From an uncultured Acidobacteriota bacterium (lineage in GTDB: Bacteria; Acidobacteriota; UBA6911; RPQK01; JAPXNP01): 64,000 nucleotides of DNA. The DNA is taken from NCBI GenBank assembly GCA_963777605.1, contig CAVZRV010000027.1:352001-416000 (forward strand), written 5' to 3'. Made by a program: the position numbers and the translations under genes. This document shows, one piece after another, positions 1-12,360 of the stretch (positions are counted from its first letter, which is position 1; each line of letters opens with the position of its first letter). The notes under the pieces were generated by a model that made no database searches, was not told the origin of the DNA, and saw only the letters and a program-made list of their open reading frames with translations.

Positions 1-1
1 G

Positions 2-253
<252 letters not shown>

Positions 254-270
254 GTCCATCCAGATTGACG

Positions 271-1431
271 TTACTCCACCGGCCAGGATCGGACTCCGTC
301 CGACGGTTTGCAAACGTACACCGCACAGTCCTTGCCGGTCCGTTCCCTGTATCCCCCGGACAGGTAATTGCGAAAAGCGTCAACACTCTCCGTGCGAACG
401 AGATTGACGGTACACCCGCCGAAACCGGCCCCGGTCATGCGCGCTCCGGCAGTCCCCCGGACTTCCGAAGCCAGATCCACCAGGACATCCAGTTCAGGAC
501 AACTAACTTCGTAATCGTCCCGCAGGCTTTGATGGGATTCATAGAGCAGGCGTCCGTACGAGGCGATGTCGCCTCGCTTCAACATTTCGATCCCACGGAT
601 CACCCGCTCGTTTTCAGAGATCACGTGGCGGGCCCGGCGATAGACAACGCCGTCGAGGAGCGCCTCGTGTTCCTCCAGCTGTTCTAGCGTGACATCCCGC
701 AAAGCGCAGATCTCACCCAGTACCGGCCGCAGGGCCTCGACCGCCGCTTCACATTCGGAACGACGCTGATTGTAGGCCGACGAGTCGAGCGAACGCTGCA
801 CCCGGCTATCACAAACAACCACGCTGATGGCACTGCTGAGAGGGAATGCCGAGTAGGAGAGATCCCGGCAATCGATCAGGATCGCACTTCCTTCCTGGGC
901 AAGCGTGGAGACGAATTGGTCCATGATTCCGCACTGAACACCCACAAATTCCCGTTCGGCGGCCTGGCTCAGCAGGGCCAGGTCAACGGGAGTAATGTCG
1001 AGTTGAAACAGAACTCGAAGCGTCTCAGCGACCGCCACCTCCAGGGCCGCAGAGCTGCTGAGGCCGGCGCCGACAGGAACGTTCCCGCTCAGAACAAGAT
1101 CGACTCCCCGGGGACGGTACTCCTTTTTCAGATACTGCTGGAACACCCCCCGAAGGTAGTTGCTCCACGGGGCCTCATTTGAGTACTCCAGGGAACCGAG
1201 GCTAAAACGGCTCTCCTGTTGAAAGTCCAGCGAGTAGGCCCGAACATCTTCGTCTTCCCGCGGTGCGGCAGCGATGGAAAGATACCGGTCGATTGCGGCC
1301 GGGAACACAAATCCGTCGTTGTAGTCGGTATGCTCTCCCAGGATGTTCACCCGGCCTGGCGCCTGTGTAAACAGGCTGGGCCTTCGGTTGAACCTGGTCG
1401 AAAACTCCGACAGCAGCATGTCCCGGTCCAT
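271..1431 (-). CDS. galK: Galactokinase (GHMP kinase)
   Basis: APGRVNILGEHTDYNDG signature, PVGAGLSSSAALE, CGIMDQ, GARMTGAGFGGC; AGGAGG SD upstream. Confidence 0.97.
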   Translation of the reverse strand: MDRDMLLSEFSTRFNRRPSLFTQAPGRVNILGEHTDYNDGFVFPAAIDRYLSIAAAPREDEDVRAYSLDFQQESRFSLGSLEYSNEAPWSNYLRGVFQQYLKKEYRPRGVDLVLSGNVPVGAGLSSSAALEVAVAETLRVLFQLDITPVDLALLSQAAEREFVGVQCGIMDQFVSTLAQEGSAILIDCRDLSYSAFPLSSAISVVVCDSRVQRSLDSSAYNQRRSECEAAVEALRPVLGEICALRDVTLEQLEEHEALLDGVVYRRARHVISENERVIRGIEMLKRGDIASYGRLLYESHQSLRDDYEVSCPELDVLVDLASEVRGTAGARMTGAGFGGCTVNLVRTESVDAFRNYLSGGYRERTGKDCAVYVCKPSDGVRSWPVE

Positions 1432-1631
1432 TGCGTCCTCCTTCTGCCCCCTGGAAACCGGAGATCCGGGGCGCCCAGAGTATAGCTGAGCCGGGATTCA
1501 ACGGTAAAGAATCCTCCCCTGTCCGGAGGAACCGGCAACCATCGCCGACTCCCGCGTATCCTCGACGATCTCGCCTTTTCCTTTGCCGGAGAGGGAGTTT
1601 AAGATGGGGAGGACACCAGTTAAACCCGTGA

Positions 1632-4793
<3,162 letters not shown>

Positions 4794-4887
4794 ATTGCGT
4801 GGGGGCTCTGAATCACGGTGCCATACGGACCGTTTGGGTGGGATCCGGAATACTCATAGATTCATTTCCGTAGCCAAAGGGAGGGTC

Positions 4888-5898
4888 ATGCAGCTGAAAG
4901 GGGGAAGGTTTGCTCGGGGCCATCGAGCAGAAATAGTGCCGATTTCCGGAGGGAAGGGTGGCGTCGGGAAAACGCTCGTTGCGTCCAACGTGGCTATCGG
5001 CCTGGCACAGGCCGGTCATTCCACGGTCGTCGTAGACCTCGACCTCGGGGCGTCGAACCTGTTCGCCTTCCTTGGCCTCACCAACCGGTATCCGGGGATC
5101 GGGGATTTTCTGAAAGCCCGGAGAGGAAAACTGGAAGACCTTTTGGTCCAGACCGACGTCCCAAATCTTTACTACCTGCCGGGTGACGGCCGGACCCCCT
5201 TCATGGCGAACATCGGTTTCGCGCAGAAACAGAAACTCCTGACGGCCCTGTATTCCCTCCCTTTCGAGTATGTCCTGCTCGATCTCGGCTCGGGCTCCAC
5301 CTTCAACACGCTCGATTTCTTCGCCATGGGGAAGACGGGCTTGATGGTCACGACCCCGGACTATCCTGCCGTCGTGAACATGCTCACCTTTTTGAAGAAT
5401 CACCTGTTTCGCAGTATCGAGAGGTCGGTTTCCCCCAACCACTCTGTGAAGGGTATTCTCCAGGAACTCTATTGCCAGCCCATCGAGGAGCAGGTCAGCT
5501 CGGTTTCATCCCTGCAGGCTCAGATCAGGGAAGAAGATCCGGCGGCTGCCGAGACGGTAGCGAGGATCTGCAACGAGTTCCGCCCGCGGATCGTGTTCAA
5601 CATGGGAACTTCCCCCAAGGACCTCGAGTTTACCGACCAGATCGACGAGGGATTACGGAATGTTCTCTATCTCGAAGCGGACTACTTCGGATTCATCTTC
5701 ATGGATGCGCAGGTGCGTTCATCGGTGCGAGAGCGCCAACCACTTGTCCTGAGCCATCCCGAGAGCCCTGCCGCACAGGAGATGATCAAGATCGCCGACC
5801 GAATTCTGCGCTTCTGGTCCACGCCGGTCCCCAACAGCTCCGATTTAATTTTGAACCACGCCCGCAAAACTTTCGACGAGCACTTCCAAGGCCACTAG
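4888..5898 (+). CDS. MinD/FlhG(FleN)-like P-loop ATPase
   Basis: Deviant Walker [27 protein letters not shown]; AAGGGAGG SD before ATG 4888. Confidence 0.85.
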   Translation: MQLKGGRFARGHRAEIVPISGGKGGVGKTLVASNVAIGLAQAGHSTVVVDLDLGASNLFAFLGLTNRYPGIGDFLKARRGKLEDLLVQTDVPNLYYLPGDGRTPFMANIGFAQKQKLLTALYSLPFEYVLLDLGSGSTFNTLDFFAMGKTGLMVTTPDYPAVVNMLTFLKNHLFRSIERSVSPNHSVKGILQELYCQPIEEQVSSVSSLQAQIREEDPAAAETVARICNEFRPRIVFNMGTSPKDLEFTDQIDEGLRNVLYLEADYFGFIFMDAQVRSSVRERQPLVLSHPESPAAQEMIKIADRILRFWSTPVPNSSDLILNHARKTFDEHFQGH

Positions 5899-7214
5899 GG
5901 CAAGCGGGTCCGGTTGCGTGTCAACACCTCGTCCAGGGTTTCGACAACCCGGTCCCCATCGTCCCGGGAAAACACGAGAGGGGGCTTGATCTTGATTACA
6001 TTGTGAAAGGGTCCGTCCGTGCTGAGGAGGATACCGCGCTGCTTCATCTCCTCAACGATCGCAGTGGCTGCAGACCCTGCCGGTTCCCGGCTGTCCCGGT
6101 CAATAACGAGTTCGACGCCGATGAACAGGCCTCGTCCCCGGACATCTCCGACCAGGGGATGGCGCTTCATCAACTCGCGCAGACCATTCAAGAACGATGT
6201 GCCGACCTCGGCGGCATGTTGCTGGAGTTCCTCTTCTTCGATGACCCTGAGAACCGCCAGCCCAACGGCACAGGAAACCGGGTTCCCGCCGAACGTGTTG
6301 AAGTACTCCATTCCATTGCAGAACGAATCGGCAATCTCCCGTGTCGTGATCACTGCCGCCAGAGGGTGTCCGTTACCGATCGGTTTTCCGGCAGTCACCA
6401 CGTCCGGCACGACCCCCTGCATTTGAAACCCCCAGAAGTTGCTCCCCACCCGTCCGAATCCGACCTGAACTTCGTCGGAAATGCAGACACCTCCGGCCCT
6501 TCGCACGCCCTCAAAGGAAGCACGGAGATAGCCATCCGGCAAAACCACCTGCCCCCCGCAGCTCACGATCGATTCTGCGATGAATCCCGCCAGGCCCAGC
6601 TCACGTGTTCGCTCGGCTGCTTCGGTCACCTCGGCGGCGTAGAGTGCCCCCAGGTCGCCGTCCCGGTCCCGGAATTTGCCCCGGTATCGATCCGGGATCG
6701 GCACCTTGTGGGTGTGCGAAGGAGCACCCGCGCCGCCTTTCCCATCGAACTTGTAGGGACTGATTTCGATCAGGTCTCCGGTGTGGCCGTGGTAGGCATG
6801 ATCGACCACGATCATGTCGCGCGACCGGGTGTGGGTCCGGGCCAGGCGAAGAGCCAGATCGTTGGCTTCGCTCCCCGAGTTCACGAAGAAACAGACTTCC
6901 AGCGGATCGGGAAGGGTATCGGTAAGCCGGTTCGCATATTCAACGATGTTGGGATGGAGGTAGCGTGTATTGGTGTTGAGGTTCGCCATCTGGCGCGCTG
7001 CCGCCTCAACAACTCTTGGGTGGCAGTGCCCCACATGACAGACATTGTTGACGCAGTCCAGGTAGCGGCGGCCCTGGTCGTCGAACAGGTACTGTCCCCG
7101 ACCCTTCACAATCAGCAAGGGCTCGCGGTAGGAGAGGCTGAGCGAGGGGCCGATCCGACGCCTGCGTTCCGCCAGAATTGTCTCTCGTGGGTCCGAAGCT
7201 CCATCGATGTTCAT
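5895..7214 (-). CDS. Class III PLP aminotransferase, AGXT2/ETNPPL/PHYKPL-like phospho-lyase family
   Basis: [49 protein letters not shown] (PLP lysine), FNTFGGNPV; GAGGTG SD before ATG 7214. Confidence 0.88.
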   Translation of the reverse strand: MNIDGASDPRETILAERRRRIGPSLSLSYREPLLIVKGRGQYLFDDQGRRYLDCVNNVCHVGHCHPRVVEAAARQMANLNTNTRYLHPNIVEYANRLTDTLPDPLEVCFFVNSGSEANDLALRLARTHTRSRDMIVVDHAYHGHTGDLIEISPYKFDGKGGAGAPSHTHKVPIPDRYRGKFRDRDGDLGALYAAEVTEAAERTRELGLAGFIAESIVSCGGQVVLPDGYLRASFEGVRRAGGVCISDEVQVGFGRVGSNFWGFQMQGVVPDVVTAGKPIGNGHPLAAVITTREIADSFCNGMEYFNTFGGNPVSCAVGLAVLRVIEEEELQQHAAEVGTSFLNGLRELMKRHPLVGDVRGRGLFIGVELVIDRDSREPAGSAATAIVEEMKQRGILLSTDGPFHNVIKIKPPLVFSRDDGDRVVETLDEVLTRNRTRLP

Positions 7215-7253
7215 GACAGTCACCTCAAACAATCGGGAAATTCGTCGGCCGGC

Positions 7254-8297
7254 TCAAAATACCAGACCCTCCCGGGCCGCCACCATTTCCTCTCCAAATT
7301 CGTCCAAATTCACTTCCGCGAGGGCTCCGAGCAGGTTCCAGGCCGGCCGTTCCGAGATGGTCAGGTATTCGTTGTCGGGGGCCTGTTGCTTCTGCCGTGC
7401 CGAATTGGAGACGCTCAAACAGAGCCGGATCGCGATCAGATAGCCAAGCCAGCTGCATTCGGAGGCTGGGAGAGAGAATCTCCGATGATACCCGCAGACG
7501 ATTCGAGCGGCGATCGCTCTCGGGTCTGCCTTCGCCATCATCAGGTAAGCACAGGCATTGGCTACCTCGCAGGCGGTGAACGTCCTCACCATGTCGCCAA
7601 AGTCGATCAGCCCGGTCAGCCGGACAGGTCGAACATCTCGGTCTACGAGCAGGTTGTAGTCATTGGCGTCGTTGTGGATTACGCTCCGGCGCATGTCTCC
7701 AGATATGGGCAGGAACCGGTCACGAAATGGGGCCACAAAATGGTCGAGAAGTCGCCGCTTGCCCCTGTCTTCCAGAAAGCGGCGGTTCCCTTCGATCGTC
7801 TCCAGCGCGTGTCGGGAGTCCCAGTAGAGGTAACGATCCATGGCCGCATGCTCGAAACCTTCGAGAACGCGGTCCACAAGCCCCAGGAGTTCCCCGACCT
7901 GTTCCATGAGCGAGTCGGGGATATCGACAGCGGAACCCAGCGGTACCCCTGCCAGGTAGTTGCCCAGTCGCACCTGGTGGGTGCCGTAACTACTCTCCAC
8001 GGGAACAGACAGGGCACCGCCCAGACTGTGCAAGAGGGAGGGCACCCGTTCGCCCGCGGAACTCCCGTTCAAACGTGCAAGGGCCTGATTCTGAAAGTCG
8101 AGCACTTCAGGACTTTCATCGGGGTGGGCGATCCTCAGGACGTAGGCAGCTCCCTCCGAAGTGACCAATCGGAAGTTCTGGTCCCGCTCGCTGGGCAATT
8201 CAGTTGCGGAACAATCCTCGAGCCCGAACCTGGATCCAGCGATCCGACAGGCTTCCTCAACGGAGAAACAGGGTTTCCGGCTGACCAGCATCGGCAT
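7254..8297 (-). CDS. Phosphotransferase, hydroxylysine kinase-like (APH/choline kinase fold)
   Basis: LPSERDQNF, IHNDANDYNLL (Brenner-type motif), IDFGD. Confidence 0.85.
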   Translation of the reverse strand: MPMLVSRKPCFSVEEACRIAGSRFGLEDCSATELPSERDQNFRLVTSEGAAYVLRIAHPDESPEVLDFQNQALARLNGSSAGERVPSLLHSLGGALSVPVESSYGTHQVRLGNYLAGVPLGSAVDIPDSLMEQVGELLGLVDRVLEGFEHAAMDRYLYWDSRHALETIEGNRRFLEDRGKRRLLDHFVAPFRDRFLPISGDMRRSVIHNDANDYNLLVDRDVRPVRLTGLIDFGDMVRTFTACEVANACAYLMMAKADPRAIAARIVCGYHRRFSLPASECSWLGYLIAIRLCLSVSNSARQKQQAPDNEYLTISERPAWNLLGALAEVNLDEFGEEMVAAREGLVF

Positions 8298-8340
8298 CAA
8301 TCACTCCGCCGTCGTTCCGGCCCAAAAGGGCCGGGCCCAA

Positions 8341-8383
8341 AACGAGAAAAGGGGTGCCGAACCGTTGCCGGTTCGACGCCCCC
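8341..8383 (-). terminator. Intrinsic terminator after ilvC
   Basis: Minus strand GGGGCGTCGAACCG-GCAA-CGGTTCGGCACCCC hairpin followed by TTTTCTCGTTTT. Confidence 0.75.
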
Positions 8384-8421
8384 GCGCAAAGACACGATCC
8401 TCGAGGTCGGCCCAGGCCGGC

Positions 8422-9522
8422 TCAGTTCGCCTGACGCCCTCCGACTCCACGGGTGTCGCTGGTGATCTGGCGGGCCTGCTCCTTGGGACGGAGATCGCGG
8501 GTCGCCTTGCCCGCCTGCCACATCTCGGAGTTTCCCAGTTCCTGAAGTTCCGCCCGCAGCTTGTCCTGGTAGTCGGGAGTTCCGCAGGCCTCGATCACTC
8601 GACGCGTTTCCACACCGCTCCTGACGCGCGCGTAGAGTTCCTCGAAAACCGGGAGAGTAGCTTCCTTGAAGCGGGGCTTCCAGTCGAGGGCTCCGCGCTG
8701 GGCGGTGGCCGAGCAGTTCACGTACATCCAGTCCATTCCGTTTTCACCGACCAGACGGATCAGGCTCTCGGTGAGCTCTTCGACGGTTTCATTGAAGGCC
8801 TCACTCGGACTGTGCCCGTTCTGACGGAGCACCTGGTACTGGGCTTCCATGATGCCTGCCAGTGCCCCCATCAGGACTCCGCGTTCCCCGGTCAGGTCGG
8901 AATAGACCTCGTTCTCGAAAGTGGTCGGGAAAAGGTAGCCCGATCCGATGGCGATACCGACCGCAATGGCCCGTTCCTGCGCCCGTCCGGTTGCGTCCTG
9001 GGCGACCGCAAAACTCGAGTTGATACCGGCGCCGGAAAGGAAGTTCCTCCGGACCGAGGTTCCCGATCCCTTCGGTGCAACAAGAATCACGTCGACATCA
9101 TCCGAAGCCACAACGCCGGTCTGGTCATTGTAGACATAGGCAAACCCGTGGGAGAAGTAGAGCGCGTCTCCCGGGTTCAAAGCCGCTTTGATGGTAGGCC
9201 AGATCGCCTTCTGGGCCGCATCGGAAACCAACATCTGGATGATCGTCCCGCGCTGCGCGGCCTCTTCGATCTCAAAGAGGGTCTCGCCCGGAACCCAGCC
9301 GTCAGCAACCGCCCGGTCCCAGTCCCGCTTGAACTGGCTCGACTGCCCGATGATGACATTGAAGCCATTGTCCTTCATGTTCAAGGCCTGAGCCGGTCCC
9401 TGAACTCCATATCCAATAACCGCAATCGTCTCATCCTTGAGAACTTCCTGGGCGCGGGCCACTGGAAACTCCTCCCGGGTGATGACTTCTTCGCTGACTC
9501 CTCCAAAATCGATCGTTGCCAT
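8422..9522 (-). CDS. ilvC: Ketol-acid reductoisomerase
   Basis: VIGYGVQGPAQALNM, FSHGF, VAPKGSG, SDLTGERGVLMG, EAFNETVEE; AAGGAG SD. Confidence 0.95.
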   Translation of the reverse strand: MATIDFGGVSEEVITREEFPVARAQEVLKDETIAVIGYGVQGPAQALNMKDNGFNVIIGQSSQFKRDWDRAVADGWVPGETLFEIEEAAQRGTIIQMLVSDAAQKAIWPTIKAALNPGDALYFSHGFAYVYNDQTGVVASDDVDVILVAPKGSGTSVRRNFLSGAGINSSFAVAQDATGRAQERAIAVGIAIGSGYLFPTTFENEVYSDLTGERGVLMGALAGIMEAQYQVLRQNGHSPSEAFNETVEELTESLIRLVGENGMDWMYVNCSATAQRGALDWKPRFKEATLPVFEELYARVRSGVETRRVIEACGTPDYQDKLRAELQELGNSEMWQAGKATRDLRPKEQARQITSDTRGVGGRQAN

Positions 9523-9690
9523 TGCTTCACTCCTTGGGTAAAGGGGTCAACTCCTGCATCCGGCGACGGCTTGCGGCCCGGACAGGAGTGGATGTTCGGT
9601 CGGCGGACTATATACTACGTCCCCACATCCAGTTCAACTTGAGCGGTCGCCGCACCACGTGTAACGCGTTCAGAAACAGACGGTTCATGC

Positions 9691-11820
9691 TCATCTGGGA
9701 AGGGCGAAGGCAATATAGGAATCTCCCGATTTTGTCCCCACCTTGCCGCCGCCCGCCGCGATTACGATGAACTGCCGTCCACCGGCTTCATAGGTAGCCG
9801 GAGTCGCATACCCACCCGCCGGCAAACTGGTTTCCCAGAGCATCTTGCCGGTCTCCTTGTCGAACGCCCGAAACTTCTCGTCTTTGGTTGCTCCAATGAA
9901 AATCAGACCTCCCGAGGTCACAACCGGTCCCCCGTAATTCTCCGTGCCGGTGATGGGGATTCCCCGTGCCGTCAATTCGGGCAACTCGCCGAGAGGAACC
10001 TGCCAGCGGATCTCACCCCGGTTCAGGTCGATCGCACTGAGCGTCCCCCAAGGGGGTTTGACCGCGGGGTAGCCGTCGGGGTCGAAGAACCGGTTGTAGC
10101 CCGTGTGACTGTATGGGATCCCCTCTACCCCCTCCTCGTCTGACGGCCGGCTCCCATCGGTCTCCTCGGTTCCGAGCAGGAAAGAGACCAGCGCCTCCTT
10201 TTCGGGTCCAGGCAGGTGGGCAAACGCCGGCATGAATCCCTTACCTCCATCGATCAACTCCATCAACCCTTTGGAATCGTACCTTTCGTGTACGGCAACC
10301 AGGGAGGGGTAAACCTGTTGTGGATCACCCTGGCGCTCGGCCCCGTGACAGACAGCACAGTTGACCGCGTAGACCTCTTCACCCAGCGACTGCATGGCCC
10401 GTCGTTTCTCCTCGAGGTCAACCATGGTGAGGATCCAGGGCATCTCGTTGGAGTTGACGTACAGAATTCCAGAGTCCGGGTCGAAGGCGGCACCGCCCCA
10501 CTCTCCGCCCCCGTCAAATCCAGGAAAGATAACGGTTCCCTGCGTACTGGGAGGAATGAACGGACGGCCTGTCCTGACCTGGCGGAGGCGTTCGAGAACC
10601 GCCCGGTGCGCCTCCTCCGAAAGATCGGTCACGTCCGATTCGGTGAAAGTCTGGCGGGCAAAGGGGGGCGGCAACTGCGGAATGGGCTGCGTCGGCCAGG
10701 CCTCTTCCCCCTTGAGGTCCGAAGAAGGAACCGGCTCCTCCTCGATGGGGAACAGCGGCTCGCCGGTCGTCCGATCGAATACGAAAACAAGGCCGGCTTT
10801 GGTGATCTGGGCCACTCCGTCCACCTTTTCCCCGTCACGCTCGATCGTGACGAGGTTCGGCGGGGCCGGCAGGTCCCGATCCCAGATGTCGTGATGAACC
10901 AACTGGTAGTGCCAGATCCGGGTGCCGGTTCGAGCGTCGAGGGCCAGCAGGCAATCAGCGAACAGGTCCGCTCCTTTGCGGTTTCCACCCCAGAAATCGA
11001 ACGCCGCCGAACCGGTCGGGACATAGACGATGCCCCGCTCGACATCGAGACTCATACCACTCCAATTGTTGGCCCCACCCGCCTGCTTCCAGGCATTTTC
11101 GGGCCACGTTTCATAGCCGAACTCGCCGGGCCGAGGGATGGTGTGGAAGACCCACTCCAGCGCACCCGTCCGGACGTTGAACGCTCGGATGTATCCGGGA
11201 GCCGAAGGTCCCGGCCCTTCACCAACGCGGGACCCCATGATGACCAGGTCGTGAAAAACAGTTCCCGGCGTGGTCGCAATGACATAGAGATCAGCCGCCC
11301 GATCACCAAGTCCCTCTCGAAGATCCACCCGGCCGTTCTTGCCGAACTCCGCAACCGGCTTTCCGGTCCGGGCATCCAGAGCGTAGAGATATATGCCGGC
11401 CGAGTAGAGAATCCTGCTTTCGTCGCCCGACTCCCAGTAGGCAACGCCGCGATTCACACCGAGCGGCTCGCGCTTGCCCTCACCCGAATCGGGTCGAAAT
11501 CGCCAAACTTCTTTGCCGGTCTGGGCGTCCAGGGCGAAGGCGTCCAACTGCGGAGAAGTGGCAAACAGGATGCCGTGAACCACGATGGGATTGCACTGAA
11601 TCTGTGATCGTCCTTCGGAGCCGGCACCACCGGATTGATAGGTCCAGGCAACCTGGAGCCGGGAGACATTTCCACGATTGATCTGGTCGAGGCGCGAGAA
11701 TTGGTTTCGCTCGGGTCCCCCTTGGTAGGAGGGCCACTCCCGACTGTTTGAAACCTCACCAGAACAACCGCTCAGCAGGCCCAAAACGGGCAAGACATAC
11801 TTCCAGCTTAGAAGTTTCAT
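9691..11820 (-). CDS. PQQ-dependent (glucose/quinate-type) dehydrogenase lipoprotein with internal cytochrome c domain
   Basis: Lipobox LLSG-C; PQQ propeller motifs (GGANNW, HHDIWDRD, GGGEWGG, PPWGTL, ATPATY); CAVCH heme motif with downstream MPAF. Confidence 0.9.
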   Translation of the reverse strand: MKLLSWKYVLPVLGLLSGCSGEVSNSREWPSYQGGPERNQFSRLDQINRGNVSRLQVAWTYQSGGAGSEGRSQIQCNPIVVHGILFATSPQLDAFALDAQTGKEVWRFRPDSGEGKREPLGVNRGVAYWESGDESRILYSAGIYLYALDARTGKPVAEFGKNGRVDLREGLGDRAADLYVIATTPGTVFHDLVIMGSRVGEGPGPSAPGYIRAFNVRTGALEWVFHTIPRPGEFGYETWPENAWKQAGGANNWSGMSLDVERGIVYVPTGSAAFDFWGGNRKGADLFADCLLALDARTGTRIWHYQLVHHDIWDRDLPAPPNLVTIERDGEKVDGVAQITKAGLVFVFDRTTGEPLFPIEEEPVPSSDLKGEEAWPTQPIPQLPPPFARQTFTESDVTDLSEEAHRAVLERLRQVRTGRPFIPPSTQGTVIFPGFDGGGEWGGAAFDPDSGILYVNSNEMPWILTMVDLEEKRRAMQSLGEEVYAVNCAVCHGAERQGDPQQVYPSLVAVHERYDSKGLMELIDGGKGFMPAFAHLPGPEKEALVSFLLGTEETDGSRPSDEEGVEGIPYSHTGYNRFFDPDGYPAVKPPWGTLSAIDLNRGEIRWQVPLGELPELTARGIPITGTENYGGPVVTSGGLIFIGATKDEKFRAFDKETGKMLWETSLPAGGYATPATYEAGGRQFIVIAAGGGKVGTKSGDSYIAFALPR

Positions 11821-12082
11821 TCTTGGAACTCCGAAGTGAGGCAGGACAACCCATGCCTCTCGAATGACCCCGGCCCAGGGTTTGGAACGAGCGTCTTTCC
11901 ACGCATTTTCAACTGGCTTATCCTTTCAGCTTCAGAGGCGTTGCCGCACCACTGAAAGGTGCCGCGACCTCTCATCGACAAAATTCATCGGATTCGCAGG
12001 TTTGCCGTGATGCCATCGAGTCTAAGCCATCGGACGGACTCAGGGAAAGGGCGGATGGGATTCCGGCAGTCGCTCGCGTTGA

Positions 12083-12122
12083 AAATCATTGTTTTCTTGT
12101 TCGGCTGTGGCACCACAATTGC
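12083..12122 (+). promoter_or_regulatory. Putative sigma-54 (-24/-12) promoter with upstream IHF-like site
   Basis: TGGCAC-CACAA-TTGC at 12108-12122 with canonical spacing; AATCATTGTTTTC at 12083-12095 resembles the IHF consensus WATCAANNNNTTR. Confidence 0.6.
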
Positions 12123-12360
12123 GAAAACAAGCACTGGAATCGAAGGCTCTGTGAAGGTAACACCGACCAATTTTCATGTCTGGGAGAACTCGTTTGCTCT
12201 CAAGGTCACCCGGGATTTGATCACCCTCGGCTCTCCACTGGACCTGGATAGAGAAAGCCGGGAAGGCTCTGGGCACGGATTCAGACGGCGGACTAGAAAG
12301 GCAAGGTTTCGTGGGTTCGCCGTGAGGGTTGCAGCCTCTCCCGTTATAATGGGTAGGAAC

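Noticed and set aside
7230-7256. UGA between the kinase and aminotransferase as a selenocysteine codon
   Set aside because: No convincing SECIS hairpin follows, the position is not a catalytic Cys site, and the downstream gene has its own SD.
5472-8465. 997-aa plus-strand ORF, and similar long ORFs such as 8161-9642, 10216-11607, 17987-19603, 26103-27497 and 32821-34419
   Set aside because: Antisense shadows of well-supported genes. Long open antisense frames are expected at high GC, and their translations show no recognisable motifs.
9608-9688. 26-codon Leu/Val-containing ORF upstream of ilvC as an attenuator leader peptide
   Set aside because: The likely promoter (TTGAAC-17nt-TATATA) lies inside the ORF, there is no run of control codons, and no terminator with a U-tract precedes ilvC.
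11905-12010. Possible c-di-GMP-I riboswitch upstream of the PQQ dehydrogenase (GGCAAACC ... AGCCAGTTG on the minus strand, plus a long hairpin at ~11934-11972)
   Set aside because: The GNRA-capped P2 and the GCAAAG/tetraloop-receptor P3 core are missing. The hairpin is real but cannot be assigned to a family.
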